Assembly (NCBI RefSeq): GCF_018977255.1
Contig: NW_024704742.1
Location: 58,282,001 to 58,346,000 of the forward strand
Source: Callorhinchus milii
Taxonomy: Eukaryota
Direction: 5' to 3'
Length of the DNA stretch: 64,000 nt
In this document: piece by piece, positions 24,194-37,680 of the stretch
Layout of the letters: every line of letters starts with the position of its first letter
Position numbering within the stretch: position 1 is the first letter of the stretch
Notes under the pieces: generated by a model
What the model was told of the DNA's origin: nothing
What the model saw: the letters and a program-made list of their open reading frames with translations, nothing else
Database searches by the model: none
Made by a program: the position numbers and the translations under genes

Positions 24194-26608
24194 CTGAAAT
24201 AGACACAAAAGCAAAGATTGGTTTAGGTTAATAAAGGTTCCACCCTGCCCCTTCCCAGAAAATATCTTATATCCTTATATCCTAAATCCTTCACGCACTC
24301 TCCAATATTGTGCATCAACCCTGTTAAGTGCTATTTTATACAGTACCTTGCAGACAGTGCAGTCAATATTACCTCTTATGCTAAAACACACAATTATAAA
24401 AATAATAATCTTTGCATTTCATATAGTGCCTTTCACATCAGAAAGACAACTCAAAGCACTTCACAGAATTTAGTGCAAAGTGTATTGATTTTATGTTTTG
24501 TAGGTGAACTCAACAGCCAATTTGTGTACTACAATGTCTCACAAACTGCCACATTTGCCTACAAATACAGTCATTGCATTTTACAGTAAAATCACGTGAA
24601 GCACTTTGAGATAACTTGATAAGGCATTATACCAAAGGTAAGGATAATTTACTTAGTTAACATTGGTAAGCCTGAGTGAGCAATGTGAAGCGGGGGAAAA
24701 ATCTGTCATCTACATCAAAGCAGATCTGAAGCAACCTCTGATTTTGCGAAACCCCACAATATCAGCTGGTGAGGGAAAGGTTCCCATTGCTCCTGTTCTA
24801 AGTCTACATTTTCCCAAGGATTTTTTTAAAAACAAAACTTCTAAGTTATTGATCAATAGTTAAAATCCATCAAAGCAAGGTGACATATTGATCTTATATA
24901 CATTCCTCGTTGCAGAGCCCGGATCCAGTGATTCAAGTCACACAAGTCACAAGTGAAGCACGAATGCCCTTTGGGTAACAGTGAGCAACTCGAGCACAAA
25001 GGTCAATGAATGATATAGAAATGTGGGTTCAGCAACATTTCCATCTTACCCAGAAAAGCATCGATAAAGAGACCCACTTTACTCTGGGGATATTATAACT
25101 TCAGGTTTGGCGTTGAGATTTTTGACCGATGTGTTTATACAGTGTAAGGCAATGTGAAGTGTTGCAGTGACTGCTGTTTATTGATATGAAATTTTCAACC
25201 AAATTTGGTACATTTTATCTGCACGGCATATGTGCACACCCCTCAAAATCCAGCTATTTTCAGCTGCAGTAGACCAGGTCCATTAAAATTTCAACAACCT
25301 TGACATTCACAGTAAATGTGAACTGCATGCAATTCTTACATCTGCTTATTTTGAACAGAGTATGATCTCTCACTATGTTATTTTGCTCAATACTTGGTAA
25401 AAAAATAAAGTAATAATCCTTGCATTTGTTATAGTGCCTTTCACATTAGGGGACGTCACAAATCCTTCACAAAATTTACTATAAAATGTAGCAACTGTGT
25501 ATTTTGTTGGCGAATATTTTGTAAGTCTTGCATGCACTCTCAATATTGTGCATTAACCCGATTAAGTGCTATTTTATACAGTACTTTGCAAACAGTGTAA
25601 CCACTATTATCTCTTACCCTAAATGGCATGATTTTAAAAATAATAATCTTTCCACTTGATATCGTGCCTTTCACATCAGACTCAAAGCGCTTTACAGAAT
25701 TTATTGTAAAGTATTCTAACTTTGTGTGGCAGCGAATTTGAGCGCAGCAATGGCCCACAAACAGGCATGAACTGAGTGACACAATTTTATTTGGAAGAAT
25801 TGTTTCCAGGTGAAGAGGAAAGACATACTGATCTTCAATCTTCAAACTTTAGAATCTTCAAGCACTGGTTACACTTGCTTACAGTTTAAATGTTGAACCT
25901 GGTTCATATATAAATTTGTCAACACAGAGATAACTCTTATGGCCTCATAAGTCACAAGAGGTTCAGATGAATTATTAAGTAAACCCTTTGATCCATTTAA
26001 TTTTATTCGTCCACATTACCAACTCTACCAGCCTTCTATTATACCATCAAGTGTTTGTTAGATGAGCCTTACATCCTGTCCTGTAGCACTTTCTGTTAAC
26101 CAGTTCCAGCTGGTTATTCTCCTCCTTGCACAAAAATAATTATTTGTATCTGTCCTAAAATTAACTTTCACGATCCTGTGTCTTCTTGTCTTGCTCCCTT
26201 AGAATATCTGAGTTAGTGGTGACACAATGAGGGTGAAAATATCCCAGACAAATGCCAGTCTTTAAAAAACGGCATTAAAATAGTATTTTGAAACATCCCT
26301 CAATTTCTGAACAATGTCAAACCAGGCAGCTCTGGGTGTCATCATCTTAGATTCCTTTTTAGTGGAGAATTATTTTGAGAGCCAATAATTGACTGATCCA
26401 AACCTACTCAGTGGACACTGGCTATACTCAATTCAGTTAGGGTAGTTTCCCATGAATAATAATAAAAAAAATCCCTACATTTAATATAGCATGTTTCAAG
26501 TTGGGAGGACGCCTCAAAGCACTTCATAGGAAATTCTGTAAAGTGTAGTGACTATGTATTTGATGGGCAAACACAGCAGACAAACTGGGCACAGCAATGT
26601 CGCACAAG

Positions 26609-27650
26609 CAACAACAACAACAAGATTACATTTGTATAGCGCCTTTCACGTCGAGAGGACGTCGCAAGGCGCTGGACAGTGTACAGCATTTCAAACTTGA
26701 GCTGGGATCAGGGGGGGAAGGGAGGGGAGGGGAAGGGGGATGGTTGATGGCTTGGCCGAAGAGGAGGGTCTTGAGGCGGGACTTGAAGGAGGCTAAGGAG
26801 GGGTCGAGGCGGAGTGACTGGGGATGGAATTCCAGAGGTTGGGGGCAGAGTGGCTGAAGGCTCTCCCGCCAATGGTGGGGCGGGTGGGTCAGGGGACGTG
26901 GAGCAGGCCAGAGCCGGCTGTGGGGAGGGAATGGGCAGGTTGGTAGGAGGTTAGGAGGTCGCAGAGGTAGGATGGGGTGAGGCCATGGAGGGCTTTGTAG
27001 GTGAGGACCAGGATCTTGAACTGGATCCTCTGAAAGATAGGGAGCCAATGGAGTCGGGTGAGAGTGGGGGAGTTGGGTCACGGAGTTTGGTGCGGGAGAG
27101 GACATGAGCTGCAGAGTTCTGGATTATCTGCATCCTGTGGAGGGAGGAGTTGGGAAGGCGGACAAGCAGGGCGTTTGCATAGTCGGGCCTGGAGGTGATG
27201 AAGGCATGAACAAGAGTTTCAGCGGCCTGAGGGGTGAGGTAGTGGCGGAGTCGGGCAGTGTTACGGAGGTGAGGGAAGGCAGAGCAGGGTTGTGGCTTGA
27301 ATGTGGGAGAGAAAATACATTTGAGGGTCGAACAAGACACCTCGGTTCCTGACTGGCTGGTGAGTTGTAGTGAGAAACCATGGAGGTTGATGCTGCCAGA
27401 GCCTGAGGTGCTGAGGCGCTGGCGTGAGCCAATCAGGAGGGCCTCAGTCTTGTTCACATTCAACTGCAGGAAATTTGCCCTCATCCAGGACTTGATGTCC
27501 GACAGACAGTCTGTCAGGACAGCAGTGGTCCTGGGGTTGAGGGTGGAGGCAGAAAGATAGAGTTGGGTGTTATCCGCATACATGTGGAAGTTGACCCCAT
27601 GTTCTGCGGATGATGTCACCAAGGGGGAATATGTAGATATTAAAGAGGAG
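26609..27650 (-). mobile_element. L2 3' ~1 kb inserted in a Deu-SINE (26457-26608 and 27651-27925)
   Basis: ORF 26951..27622 FHMYADNTQLYLS...DIKSWM..NFLQLNVNKTE; (GTT)n tail. Confidence 0.92.
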
Positions 27651-29594
27651 ACAAACAGCCATGAAATGAATGACCAATTTTATTTTGTGGATTGTTGGCC
27701 AGGGCACTAGACAAAACTCCCCTCCCTTTTCAAATAGTGTCATGGGACCTCATCTTAACAATTCATCCATAGGACAGAACTAGCCTCCAACAATGAAGCA
27801 CACCCTCACCACTGCACTGGATTACCAGAATAGACGACATGAGTTCCAAGTCCCAATGTGGGGCTTGAACCCACAACCTTCTGATTCACAGGCAAATGTG
27901 CTATCAACTGAGCCAAGCTGGCACACACAAATAAGAAAAGGTTTGAAAGCAAGGTCTGGGTGGAAAGAAGCAGCTTTGAACAATGAAGAACGACACTCAT
28001 TTCTTAAAACTTTACAACATTATTGGAAAATTCTTAATACAAATATTATTTCTCGATGATTATGCAGTACTTCGTTTAAATTTCTCGTGGTAAAGAAACT
28101 TATGTCAAAAATGATATTTTGAAGAAAAAAAGTTAAACAAGTGATTCCAGAAGGTGGAAAGTGCGATCGGATGGGATGTCACTTTTACCAAAAAATGCTT
28201 GCATAAAAACTGCTTTGATCGGGTTACATGTTTTAGTAAGTTTACTGCCCAAATTCCACAAAGCCACATCCTGCTCTGTGCCCTCCCAGACTTCAAATGT
28301 GCAATTGTGCAATTGCGAATGTTATTTTTAAAAAAACTAGTGATGTCCTGGACATTTTGTTACAGAAAGCATTCAAAAGCACTAAACTACAACATTCCTT
28401 CATAAAAATGGCTGTCGTTTTCGCTCATAAAATATACAGTCAATTCACTTTACGGTATATTCTGTGAAGCACTTTGAGATGTCTCAATGACGTGATAAGG
28501 TGCTACATCAAATGCAAGGATTATTATAAATTAGTGTGAAACCAATAACTCGCTCAACAGCATGAGGATAATACAATGGTGTCTGAACAAAATATACAGC
28601 AGAAAAGGGAAGATTTCTAATCTTATTTAATCCCATGCTCTCTTGTAGGTGGTCACTCGAGTGGTTCAAGTTCATGAGTCTTCTTATTACTTTGCTTGAA
28701 TGACCTTTCTTCACTTGTGAGCAGCAACACATGAATGGCCAATTGCGTCTTTCCCAGACAGTCCCATGTAATAATAATCCTTAGATTTGGTATAGCGACT
28801 CTTACTTCTTTTTTGCGAAGAATCTCAAAGCATTTCACAGGATTTACTGTGAAGTCTCAAAATGGTGTATTCTGTAGGCGAACGTAACAACCAATTTGCA
28901 CACAGCAATAGACCACAGACAACCATGGCCAATTCAATCTTGAGGATTGTTGGCCAGGTCAGCAGAAGAAACTCCACTTTTTGACTAGTGCCATGGGATC
29001 ATGTATACTTTTCAGCAGAGATCAATGGCCAATGATCAGAAATGGGAATGCTAAATGATAATGTCCTTCCTCATCAAAGATCACTGAGGCTAACTTCTCA
29101 CCATTGTCCCAATTTAAATCAGCTCACTGAGTACTGTATACTTTTCTGGTCTCTATAGAGCAGTAAAGCACTAGGTGGTGCTATTACTCCTGGAGTCTTA
29201 TTTTTATATTGGCATTTGCTTCTCTCCAGATTGCAATCCCTGCTCAATTCACGCCAGCGTGAACTTGGCAGTATGGATGGGGCATCTGTCTGCAATTATT
29301 GACACTGGGGAGTTCCACTAATATTGAACTCACTGTGCAGAGTGCTCCAGGTTAGAGAACAGTACAAAGATACATGATTGATTTACAATTCTCTGGATTC
29401 AAAATAAACCTTTTCAATAGGAAACAAGCCGTGGGCATCTAATTGTATAAATGTACAATCATATTCTATAATGTAATGTAATTAACGTAGGATCCATGTA
29501 TCCAATTAGACTACTGTATTAAATTGCATGACATTGCTGTACTGTTTAGTAAGTACTGACCATACCTTAGAGTCACAAGAGGTGAGCCTCAGCT

Positions 29595-30855
29595 ACAACC
29601 ACGACTTGGATTTATATACTGCCCTTCACGCCGGGTAGCATCCTGGAGCACTTAACAGTGGTGGAGTCTGATCCCAAGCCAGGGGGAGAGGGAGATGGGA
29701 GATGACCATAAGCAGAATCAAAAAGGAAGGTCATTAGGCAGTATTTGAAAGTGCGGAGGGAGGGGGAAGGCCGAACGTTTGGGGCAGTGAGTGGCAGAGC
29801 TTCAGGGCATAGTGACTGAAAGCACAGCCGCTGATGGTGGAGTGGAGGGGGAGAAGGACGAACAGGAGCTGGCTGAGTGAAGGCAGCTAGTGGTGGAGTG
29901 GGGGTGAGTAAGTGGGCAAGGTAGGGAGGTGCGAGGGCATGAAGGGAGTTGAAAACGAGAGAGAGGATCTAGATGTCGATCCGTTTGGAAATTGGGAGCC
30001 AGTGCAGCCTGGCAAGGACTGGTGTGATGGGGATCCAGAATTTTGTGCGGGTTAGTATCCGGGCAGCGGAGTTCTGAATTAATTGTATTTTATGTATGGT
30101 GGAACTGGGGAGACCAGATATTTAAGGAGGTATTTGAAAAGTCCAGCCGGAAAGTGGCAAAGGCGTGGACGAGGGTTTCGTCTGCTGTGGGTGTGAGGTA
30201 TGGACAGATGTAGGTAATGTGGAAGACGTGGAAAAAAGCAGTCCTGGCCAGGGAACGGATGTGGAGAAGGAAGGAAAGCTGGGGATCAAACTTGATGCCT
30301 AGTTTGGGCATGGGCTCAGTGAGTCTGAGTGAGTGTCCAGGGAGGTTGAGGAGTTCAGACCTGCAGGAAAGAAGACAAGAGCCAAAAAGTATGGCTTCCA
30401 TCTTTCAGACATTCAGCTGCAGGAGATTTGTGCTCATCCAGGCCTTGATGGTCATCAGACAATCTGACAGGACATCAGTGGACTGGGAGATGCAGCTGGA
30501 TGAGGAGGAGATGTAGATTTGGGTGTCACCAGCATACATGTAGAAGTTGACCTCAGGTCTGGGGATGACATCGCCAAGAGGAAGCATGTACGTGATGAAA
30601 AGAAGAGGGCCTTGGGGTACCCTGCAGGTGATTGGGTGCAGGTGGAAGGAGAACCCGTTTCCTGCGATGTATTGTTAGTCAAGTAAAACTAGAACCATGT
30701 GAGTGGGGTCCCATGAAGGTGGATGAGGGAGGAGAGATGGTGGAGGAGGATGATGTGATCGACTGTCGAATGCGGCAGAGAGGTTGAGGAGAATGAGGAG
30801 GCAGAGGGAGCTCTGGTCACAGAGAGAGAGAACGTCATTTGTTTCAACTGTAGAC
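29595..30855 (-). mobile_element. L2 ORF2 3' fragment
   Basis: LILLNLSAAFD; MYAGDTQIY; LVHAFATFRLDF remnants. Confidence 0.9.
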
Positions 30856-33739
30856 AACAACTTGCATTTATGTGCGCTAAGGACATTACCATGTCCTTAC
30901 CGACAGGTTTGGGACTGGTTTGCCGAAAAACAATTCTGTCAGTCGGGGAGGTGCTTTCAGCCCTAAACCACTCATTAAGTACAGGATAAAAACAACCGCA
31001 AATTCTGTAATTTATTATAGTTCTCATACACTGCATATTTCCACCCAGGAAGTGATCACCTGAAGGAGATTCCATACAAACAGAAACACGTTGCTGCACA
31101 AATAGTTGTTTTTCAAATCTGAATGATTCACAGGCCACAAGTTGAACATATCTAGGTCAGTCATAAGTTCAGCAATATAATAATCTCCCAGGAGACACAT
31201 CAGTTCAGGTTTTTATCTCAGGTTATAATAATAACAATCCTTGCATTTGCTATAGCGCCTTTCACATCAGGAGAATGTCTTAAAGCGCATCACAGTATAT
31301 ACAGTACTGTAAAGTGCACTGACTATATTTGTACGCAAACACAGCAGCCATTTGTGCACATTAATGTCCCACAAACATTCATAAAATGAATGATCAATTA
31401 TATCTGGGTGGGTGATTGTTGGCCAGGTTAATTCCCTCTTTTTGTAAATCATTTTCTTCCTATGTTGGTGTCTTTTCAAGGTGCCGTATACAGTACTATT
31501 TTCACTAAATAAACAGGCGGGTGGACAATATAATTCATTATTCCATGAGGTTCCTGAAACAGGAAGGTAGGAAGTGTGTTAGGATAGAATGACATTACTC
31601 CCCCCTCTAACTTCCCCCAATGCAATGACCCAGTTGAGGTGGGGAACATTGCCATGTTAGCAATTGGGTCTGATCAATTTTGAATACTGTGTTATTTGCT
31701 CCTCCACTCCACGCACACTCTACTTACTCCTTTGAAACGCGTAACAAATTTGGTCTCAAATGGAAACTGGTTTTACAAAGAACCAGCACTGCTGAACATA
31801 AAGTTGTGCTTTAAGCCTGTTCAATTAGCCATTTTGTCCCAAGCAGTCTCTCCTTTACTCTCACAAGCTTTGCCTGGCTCCTAAGGGAACTGTTGTTTAC
31901 TTCTGCATTCCTGCCAAGCTGGAATCTGTACTCGGTTATAAATATCCACAATAAATGTTAAAAATTAGACATGTGGAATGTCAGGAATGTTCGATAGCCA
32001 TGCACAACACAGCAACCCTTCATCAGCCGTAAATAAAATAACATGCCCTTTGATCCCCTGAGGTGCCACAGTCTCCCACCAATTAGAAGGCTTCACAGTA
32101 ATGCACGTTTGGTATGCTGAAGTATTAAGAAATAATTTTAGAAAATGTTTACCTTGTTGGATATCAGAGAGAGAGGTTAATGTTTAACCTGATAAGGTAT
32201 TTTAACAGTTCATATAACAATGATTTTCAGTTGTTAGAGCACCTGATGAATGCGGAAAGGTTTTACTTACATGAGCCCTAGCACAACAATGCGAATGGAA
32301 GATAAACCTTGGTCAAGTTATTTTGTCTGTACTGTGAGAAACACCATACTGTAGTATTTGTTAAACTGAGTATTTAATTTCTATTTAAAAAGGTGTACTC
32401 CCTTGCAGGTAACTCGCAACCTCCTCCAGATCATATTCATATAGTGGTGCAACTGAGATACTGATGTGTGGGAACTCGCCTGCTGCTACATTAATCCTAG
32501 AACTCTCATAGAGAACACTGGTAGTCCAATGCTTCGTGTCACTGCCCTGTCCAGATTGTGCAAGAGTGTTGACTGAAGTAAAATCAATTGGGGAAATTTA
32601 AAAGGAAAAAATCTTCCATTTGATATAGTCTTTCACACTGGGATGTGATTCAGAGCATTTACTGTAATGGGTAGTGACTGTATATCTTTTAGCGAATGGG
32701 GCAGTCAAATTTGCTCACATCAATGCCCCAAAACAATCATGAAGTGAATGATCAATTTTATATTGGGGAGGATTATTGGCCAAGATACTAGGAAAGGCTC
32801 CCTTCTCTCAGATTGTTAAAGAAAATTAGATAAGCACACACGGTGGAAGGGTATTAGAGGGAAGTGAATTTGAGGGAAAGGTATTAGAGGATGTAGAAAA
32901 AGAGCAGCAGACTGGGATTAGGATCGATTATTATATCGGAGGAGCAATCACTGAAATAATGCAAGTCAAATGACTTTCTATCAGGTGACAGATTTTTAAG
33001 GTTTCTATAGTTCTATGGACTGAGAATTGTACACCTACATCAGCCATTCATGAGTTACACTGAGCCTTGTTTATCGCTGTATCAGTCACTGGGTAAACTG
33101 GAGTTTGTTTCAGGGAACACATTTTGAAATGGTAATTGGGTAATTTGGTAAAGGAAACAGTGCCACTCGCACACAAGATCTGTCAAAACATTTATGTTCC
33201 AATCTTTTCCCCAGTGTTATCCTATCTTATTGCTGGGGAAAGAACTTTTACAATATATATGATCTATTTTAACATCCTTTAAAAGCTGATAGACTGATGA
33301 GTCAAATCTCCCATTCATCATTTCAGGATTCATGAAGGGTTATTTTCTGAAATGCTACGCTGGTGAGATAGAGAATAGAAGAAATTTATGCCTTTTAGAA
33401 AGTCCTATCGGAACTTGTATAGAGTGGAGTGAGAGGCTGGCTGTAGGACACAACATTAGAGCGTGGGGGTTCTCTTCTTCAATGCAATCCATTAGTGAGG
33501 AACTTTTAGCCATTCTGCCCCCACTCGGAGATCTTCCAACTTGCCCCCTCCCACCTCCCACTTTTAAAGGCCAGGTTAAGATCTCTCCCTTCGACTGCAC
33601 TTTCATTCATCCTTCACTCCCTCACCTCAGCTCCCCTTCTCATTGCACCCCCCCACACCCCCCGCCCCATAGCAATGACAAATTAAAGTTTTTACCTTGT
33701 GCTGTTTAGAACCAATTTTTGAAATTTGTCTTTCAGGTT

Positions 33740-34085
33740 ACAAAAGTAGAACAATGTGTAATCTGGGCAATGGAAGAACCTATATGATCTGCGAGTCTGT
33801 AACAAAGAGTCGTAATGTAAGGATTATCACCAGAAGGAAAAATTTTCATTTGGAAGAATTTATGTTAAATAGAGGGCTTTCATAATACAGAATGCTTTAC
33901 CATACAGAGTTGTTGAAGGCTGATACCACTTTTGTATTTAAAAGCAAGTTGAATAAATACTCAATGAAAAAGAATCTAAAAGGGCCCAGGGAAAAAACAG
34001 GGGAATGAGAATAACTTAGAAAGCTCAAGTGGGGAGCGAGCACCAGCACAGATGTGAGAGGCCAAATGGCTTCCTTATGTTTTTT
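33740..34085 (+). mobile_element. Old CR1 3' end
   Basis: acaaagagtcgtaatgtaagg ... cagcacagatgtgagaggccaaatggcttcctt. Confidence 0.55.
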
Positions 34086-35876
34086 TAATGGCTGAATTTT
34101 TATTCACTCTTTCATGAGTCCAACACCCTTGGTCTCAACCCTTCTTGTTGACAAGCTGTGTAATAATTCTCAATCCAAAGCATGGGTTTGTTAGTAAATA
34201 TCTTTAGCCGCAGGACTCCAATTCATCAACCAGAAGCACACCCGTTTCTCCCACTCCCAGTGTTCTTTTGTACTTCCTGTCTTTATCTCATTAGCTCTTT
34301 CTTAATTGCTTTTTAGTTCAAGGGATATCCTATAACCTGTTCCAGTTAATTATTCCTTGTGTAGGGTATTTGAGATGGATGCATAGAAACTATATTTATA
34401 AAATAATTTGATTGTCAACAAAGTTTCAAATTTAAATAATATTTTCCTTTATTACAAAATACGCATTGTGTCTATTCTGAAATTACCCTTTGCAACAATA
34501 GATCTATGTCATCTTATTTTACTGCCTTGTACATCTGAAAGTATTGTTCCTGGTTCACATTTTTAATTCCATTTAAATTTTACACTCTATAAAGTGAGAT
34601 GCCAGTTTCTCAAGACTGAAGAGCCTCAACTTATCTAACTGTTGTTCAACACAACAACAAAATTACATTTGTAAAACACCTTTCACTTCAGGAGGATGTC
34701 CCAAGGTGCTGAAAGCTCATTCCTAAAAATAGCTTTAATTATCTTTCAGTATCTTTTAAAAATCCGCCTCACCACTTCTCTTGCCTCCTCCAAGTCCCCT
34801 CTTAAGACCTTCCTCTTCGATTGTGCCTTCGGCCACCTTCCCAGTTGAAATCAGGAAATCGATGTGTGGCATGTGTGTGTAGGAAGGCGAAGAAGGAAGA
34901 ACTATGCATCGTACCACAGTAAAGTGGAACCCTGTGTGATCAAGCCATTCGGCCTGGCAAGAGCTTTGCTTCCTGTCTACCAGTGTTGGAAAAAAATGAT
35001 TTTGCAACCACAGCTCATACCTTTAAAACCAGCTGTTAAACAAATTAGATGTTTAACTGGTAAGCAAGACTGAAATAAATTGGCTTTAAAATAAATGTGC
35101 AAAGCATAGCAGGTGCACTGGGCTCCTAATGTTTTGTTTAACATGCTTTCGAATTAGGAACTGTACTGTATGTGAAGGTGGAGTATGTGGGCCGTGCAAA
35201 TTCCTTAACCATCATTACCGTTAAACCAAAGGGTGATCCTTTTATACAACTTTTTCCACTGACTGACAGCTCCTGACCCTTCCATTCTACTCCATTATTC
35301 TAATGGCTTGCTGTCATGTGTGCATAGAAGCTGCTATTAATCACAAAAGGAATTCAGGAGGTGGGGAGCTTAGACTGCATTTGGCACTGTGAATGGGGAA
35401 AGTGCTTCTAACATCCCAACTACCAAGCCTTCTCGCTATTGACTGGAAATCCTATATTATATATATTTGCTGCCAAGTGTTAAAATAATGTATGAATGTT
35501 TGTTGCTCGTGCACTGATGGGATGTTTTAAAATTGTGGAGGTGAAACTCGCATACAGCGATTGGTACCAAGTTTCTTGTTTCTCCAAATTGTTCGAGGAA
35601 AACTCGGGAGGGCGTGAAGGGGGGCTGGGGGTGAATTCTCCACGGGGAAAGAGAAAGCCTAGAAGCAAGCAGATCCAGATCCATTCCTGCTCATACTTAA
35701 GAGTGAGTGCCTCATGAGTCAAGTAAAAACTTCTACATAAATACAGGGCAACTGTGATGGTCTAGCTCGGTAAGATCGGACACGCAGGTTAATTGATGTG
35801 AGAAAATATCCGTTATTTCCTGTCTGTTATAACATATGCACACTATGTATAAGAGGCAATGCTAATGTCAATTCAG

Positions 35877-35935
35877 GCATGACATGAGCGATGTCATGAG
35901 CATGATATGAGCGATGTCATGAGCATGATATGTGC
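35877..35935. repeat. 23-bp tandem repeat, ~2.5 copies
   Basis: GCATGAYATGAGCGATGTCATGA at 35877 and 35900, partial at 35923. Confidence 0.9.
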
Positions 35936-36114
35936 AAGAAGCGCTACTGACAGAATTCCTTCATGCATAAACACAGCATGCAGGAAGTGATATTGGCACT
36001 GCTACTCGCACATCATGAACAACAAGTAACATCTCTGACAACAAGACAAAACTGGAGGTTGATCCTTTTTTTACCATGAGATTCCGGTTGGTTCACACCA
36101 AAAGCCGGGTGCTC

Positions 36115-36440
36115 TGCTTTTGTTGGCAAACGTGGCAGCCATTTTACTACAATCAGGATCCTACCACCAGCCATGAGGTAAATATACGATAATGTGGAGG
36201 ATTGTTGGCCAAGACAGCACTGGGGGAAATTCTCTTGTCATTTCAAATAGAGTCATGAGATCTTTTAACATCCACCTAAAGAACTGATAGATGGGAACTC
36301 AGTTTAACATCTCATCCAAAGGACAGTACCTATGATAATGCAGGTCTCCCTACCCCCTCCCCCAGTACTGCATTGAATTATCAGCCTGGACAATGTGATG
36401 ATGTGGGGCTTCAATTTGCAGCTGAGCTCCACTCTGCCCA
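36115..36440 (-). mobile_element. Deu-domain SINE family B
   Basis: gattgttggccaagacag ... tttaacatccacct ... catctcatccaaaggacag. Confidence 0.7.
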
Positions 36441-37075
36441 TTGCCACCATTTGCAATTGGGCTAATTAGAAAAATCTTGAATCGAGGCCTTGGGGAGTGT
36501 GGATTTCATGCTTCCTCACCAGCTACTGGGCTAAAAATAATCCTAAAAGTAACAAGTGGATGTTTTAAGCCATTCTTGCAGTTAGCATTCACAAAACAAA
36601 ATCACTTGCTCAGTTATAAAGCAAGGCGTCCATTCAGTTCTGAAAAGACTGAAGGAGAAGCCACTATCCAGAGGCCAGAGCGGTGTTCAGATCCAAAGCA
36701 GACTCAAACACTTTGAGTTGCCCTCCCGACGTGAAAGGGGCTCTAGAAATGTAAACTGTATAGTATTGTCAAGGGCAACATAGAATCGATGTATATTCTG
36801 TGCTTGTGATAATATTATCAGTGACTATTATTACATGTCATATTGCAAAATCTTCCACCTCCTTCCCAAATGGCACGTCAGCTCATGTCGGTGATGGGGG
36901 GCGTGGGGAGGTAGGGGAGAGGAGGAGGATTAGTGTATCCAGATCATGACTATTTCACCCATGAATATACAGTCAACTCACTTTACAGTATATTCTGTGA
37001 AGCACTTTGAGACGTCTAAAAGACGTGAAAAGCGCTGTATCAAATGCAGGGATTATTATTATGAATACACATTCT

Positions 37076-37325
37076 AATAATAATAATAATCCTTGCATTT
37101 GATATAGCGCTTTTCACGTCGGGAGGACGTCCCAAAGCGCTTCACAGAACACACTGTAAAGTGAATTGACTGTATATTTGTGGACGAACGCGGCAGCCAA
37201 TTGCGCACAGCAATGTCCCACAAACAGTCGTAGATTGAAAATGACTAATTTATTATTGTTTTGGGTTTTGGCGGGATTATTATTAGGCGTGTGGATTAAG
37301 GAAACTTGCCTAAGGTTTCGCCCTG
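37076..37325 (-). mobile_element. SINE family A, young short form, 5' truncated
   Basis: Near-identical to 11147-11469 and 60699-61018. Confidence 0.9.
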
Positions 37326-37334
37326 CTTTCCCTA

Positions 37335-37680
37335 TCGATGGGGCGTCTTCCTTGGGGGAGGAGGAAAGCGGGATCTCCTTAGAGCTGAACTGGCTCGAGG
37401 TGACATGCTTGGCAATGGAATGTCAGAATCCACTCTGACATTCTGGGGCGGGTTTCAGTTCGTCCAGTTCCTAAGCCAAGCAGGTCCAGGGTATTGCTGA
37501 TGACAACACAGCCAGCCTGGCTCATCAGCTGGACCTGGAAGGGCAGACCACGAGGGACAGGGATTCTTCCTACTCAGCTTCTGTTAACTCTGCAAGCCAA
37601 AGCCCTAACTGGTGGGGTGGTTCTAGCTGGACAAGCACCAGGAAAGTTTGCCAAACTGTGCTATCGATGGCAAGATTTGT
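37335..37680 (+). repeat. Family U repeat, 5' half
   Basis: tccttggggg...gcgggatctccttagagctgaactggctcgaggtgacatg matches the 5' end of the 23835 copy. Confidence 0.75.

Noticed and set aside
35457..35684. Minus-strand 75-aa ORF as an alternative coding first exon
   Set aside because: No recognisable homology and no convincing phase-2 donor to join exon 2.
35877..35935. CRISPR-like array
   Set aside because: No spacers, only ~2.5 contiguous units, and a eukaryotic intron context.
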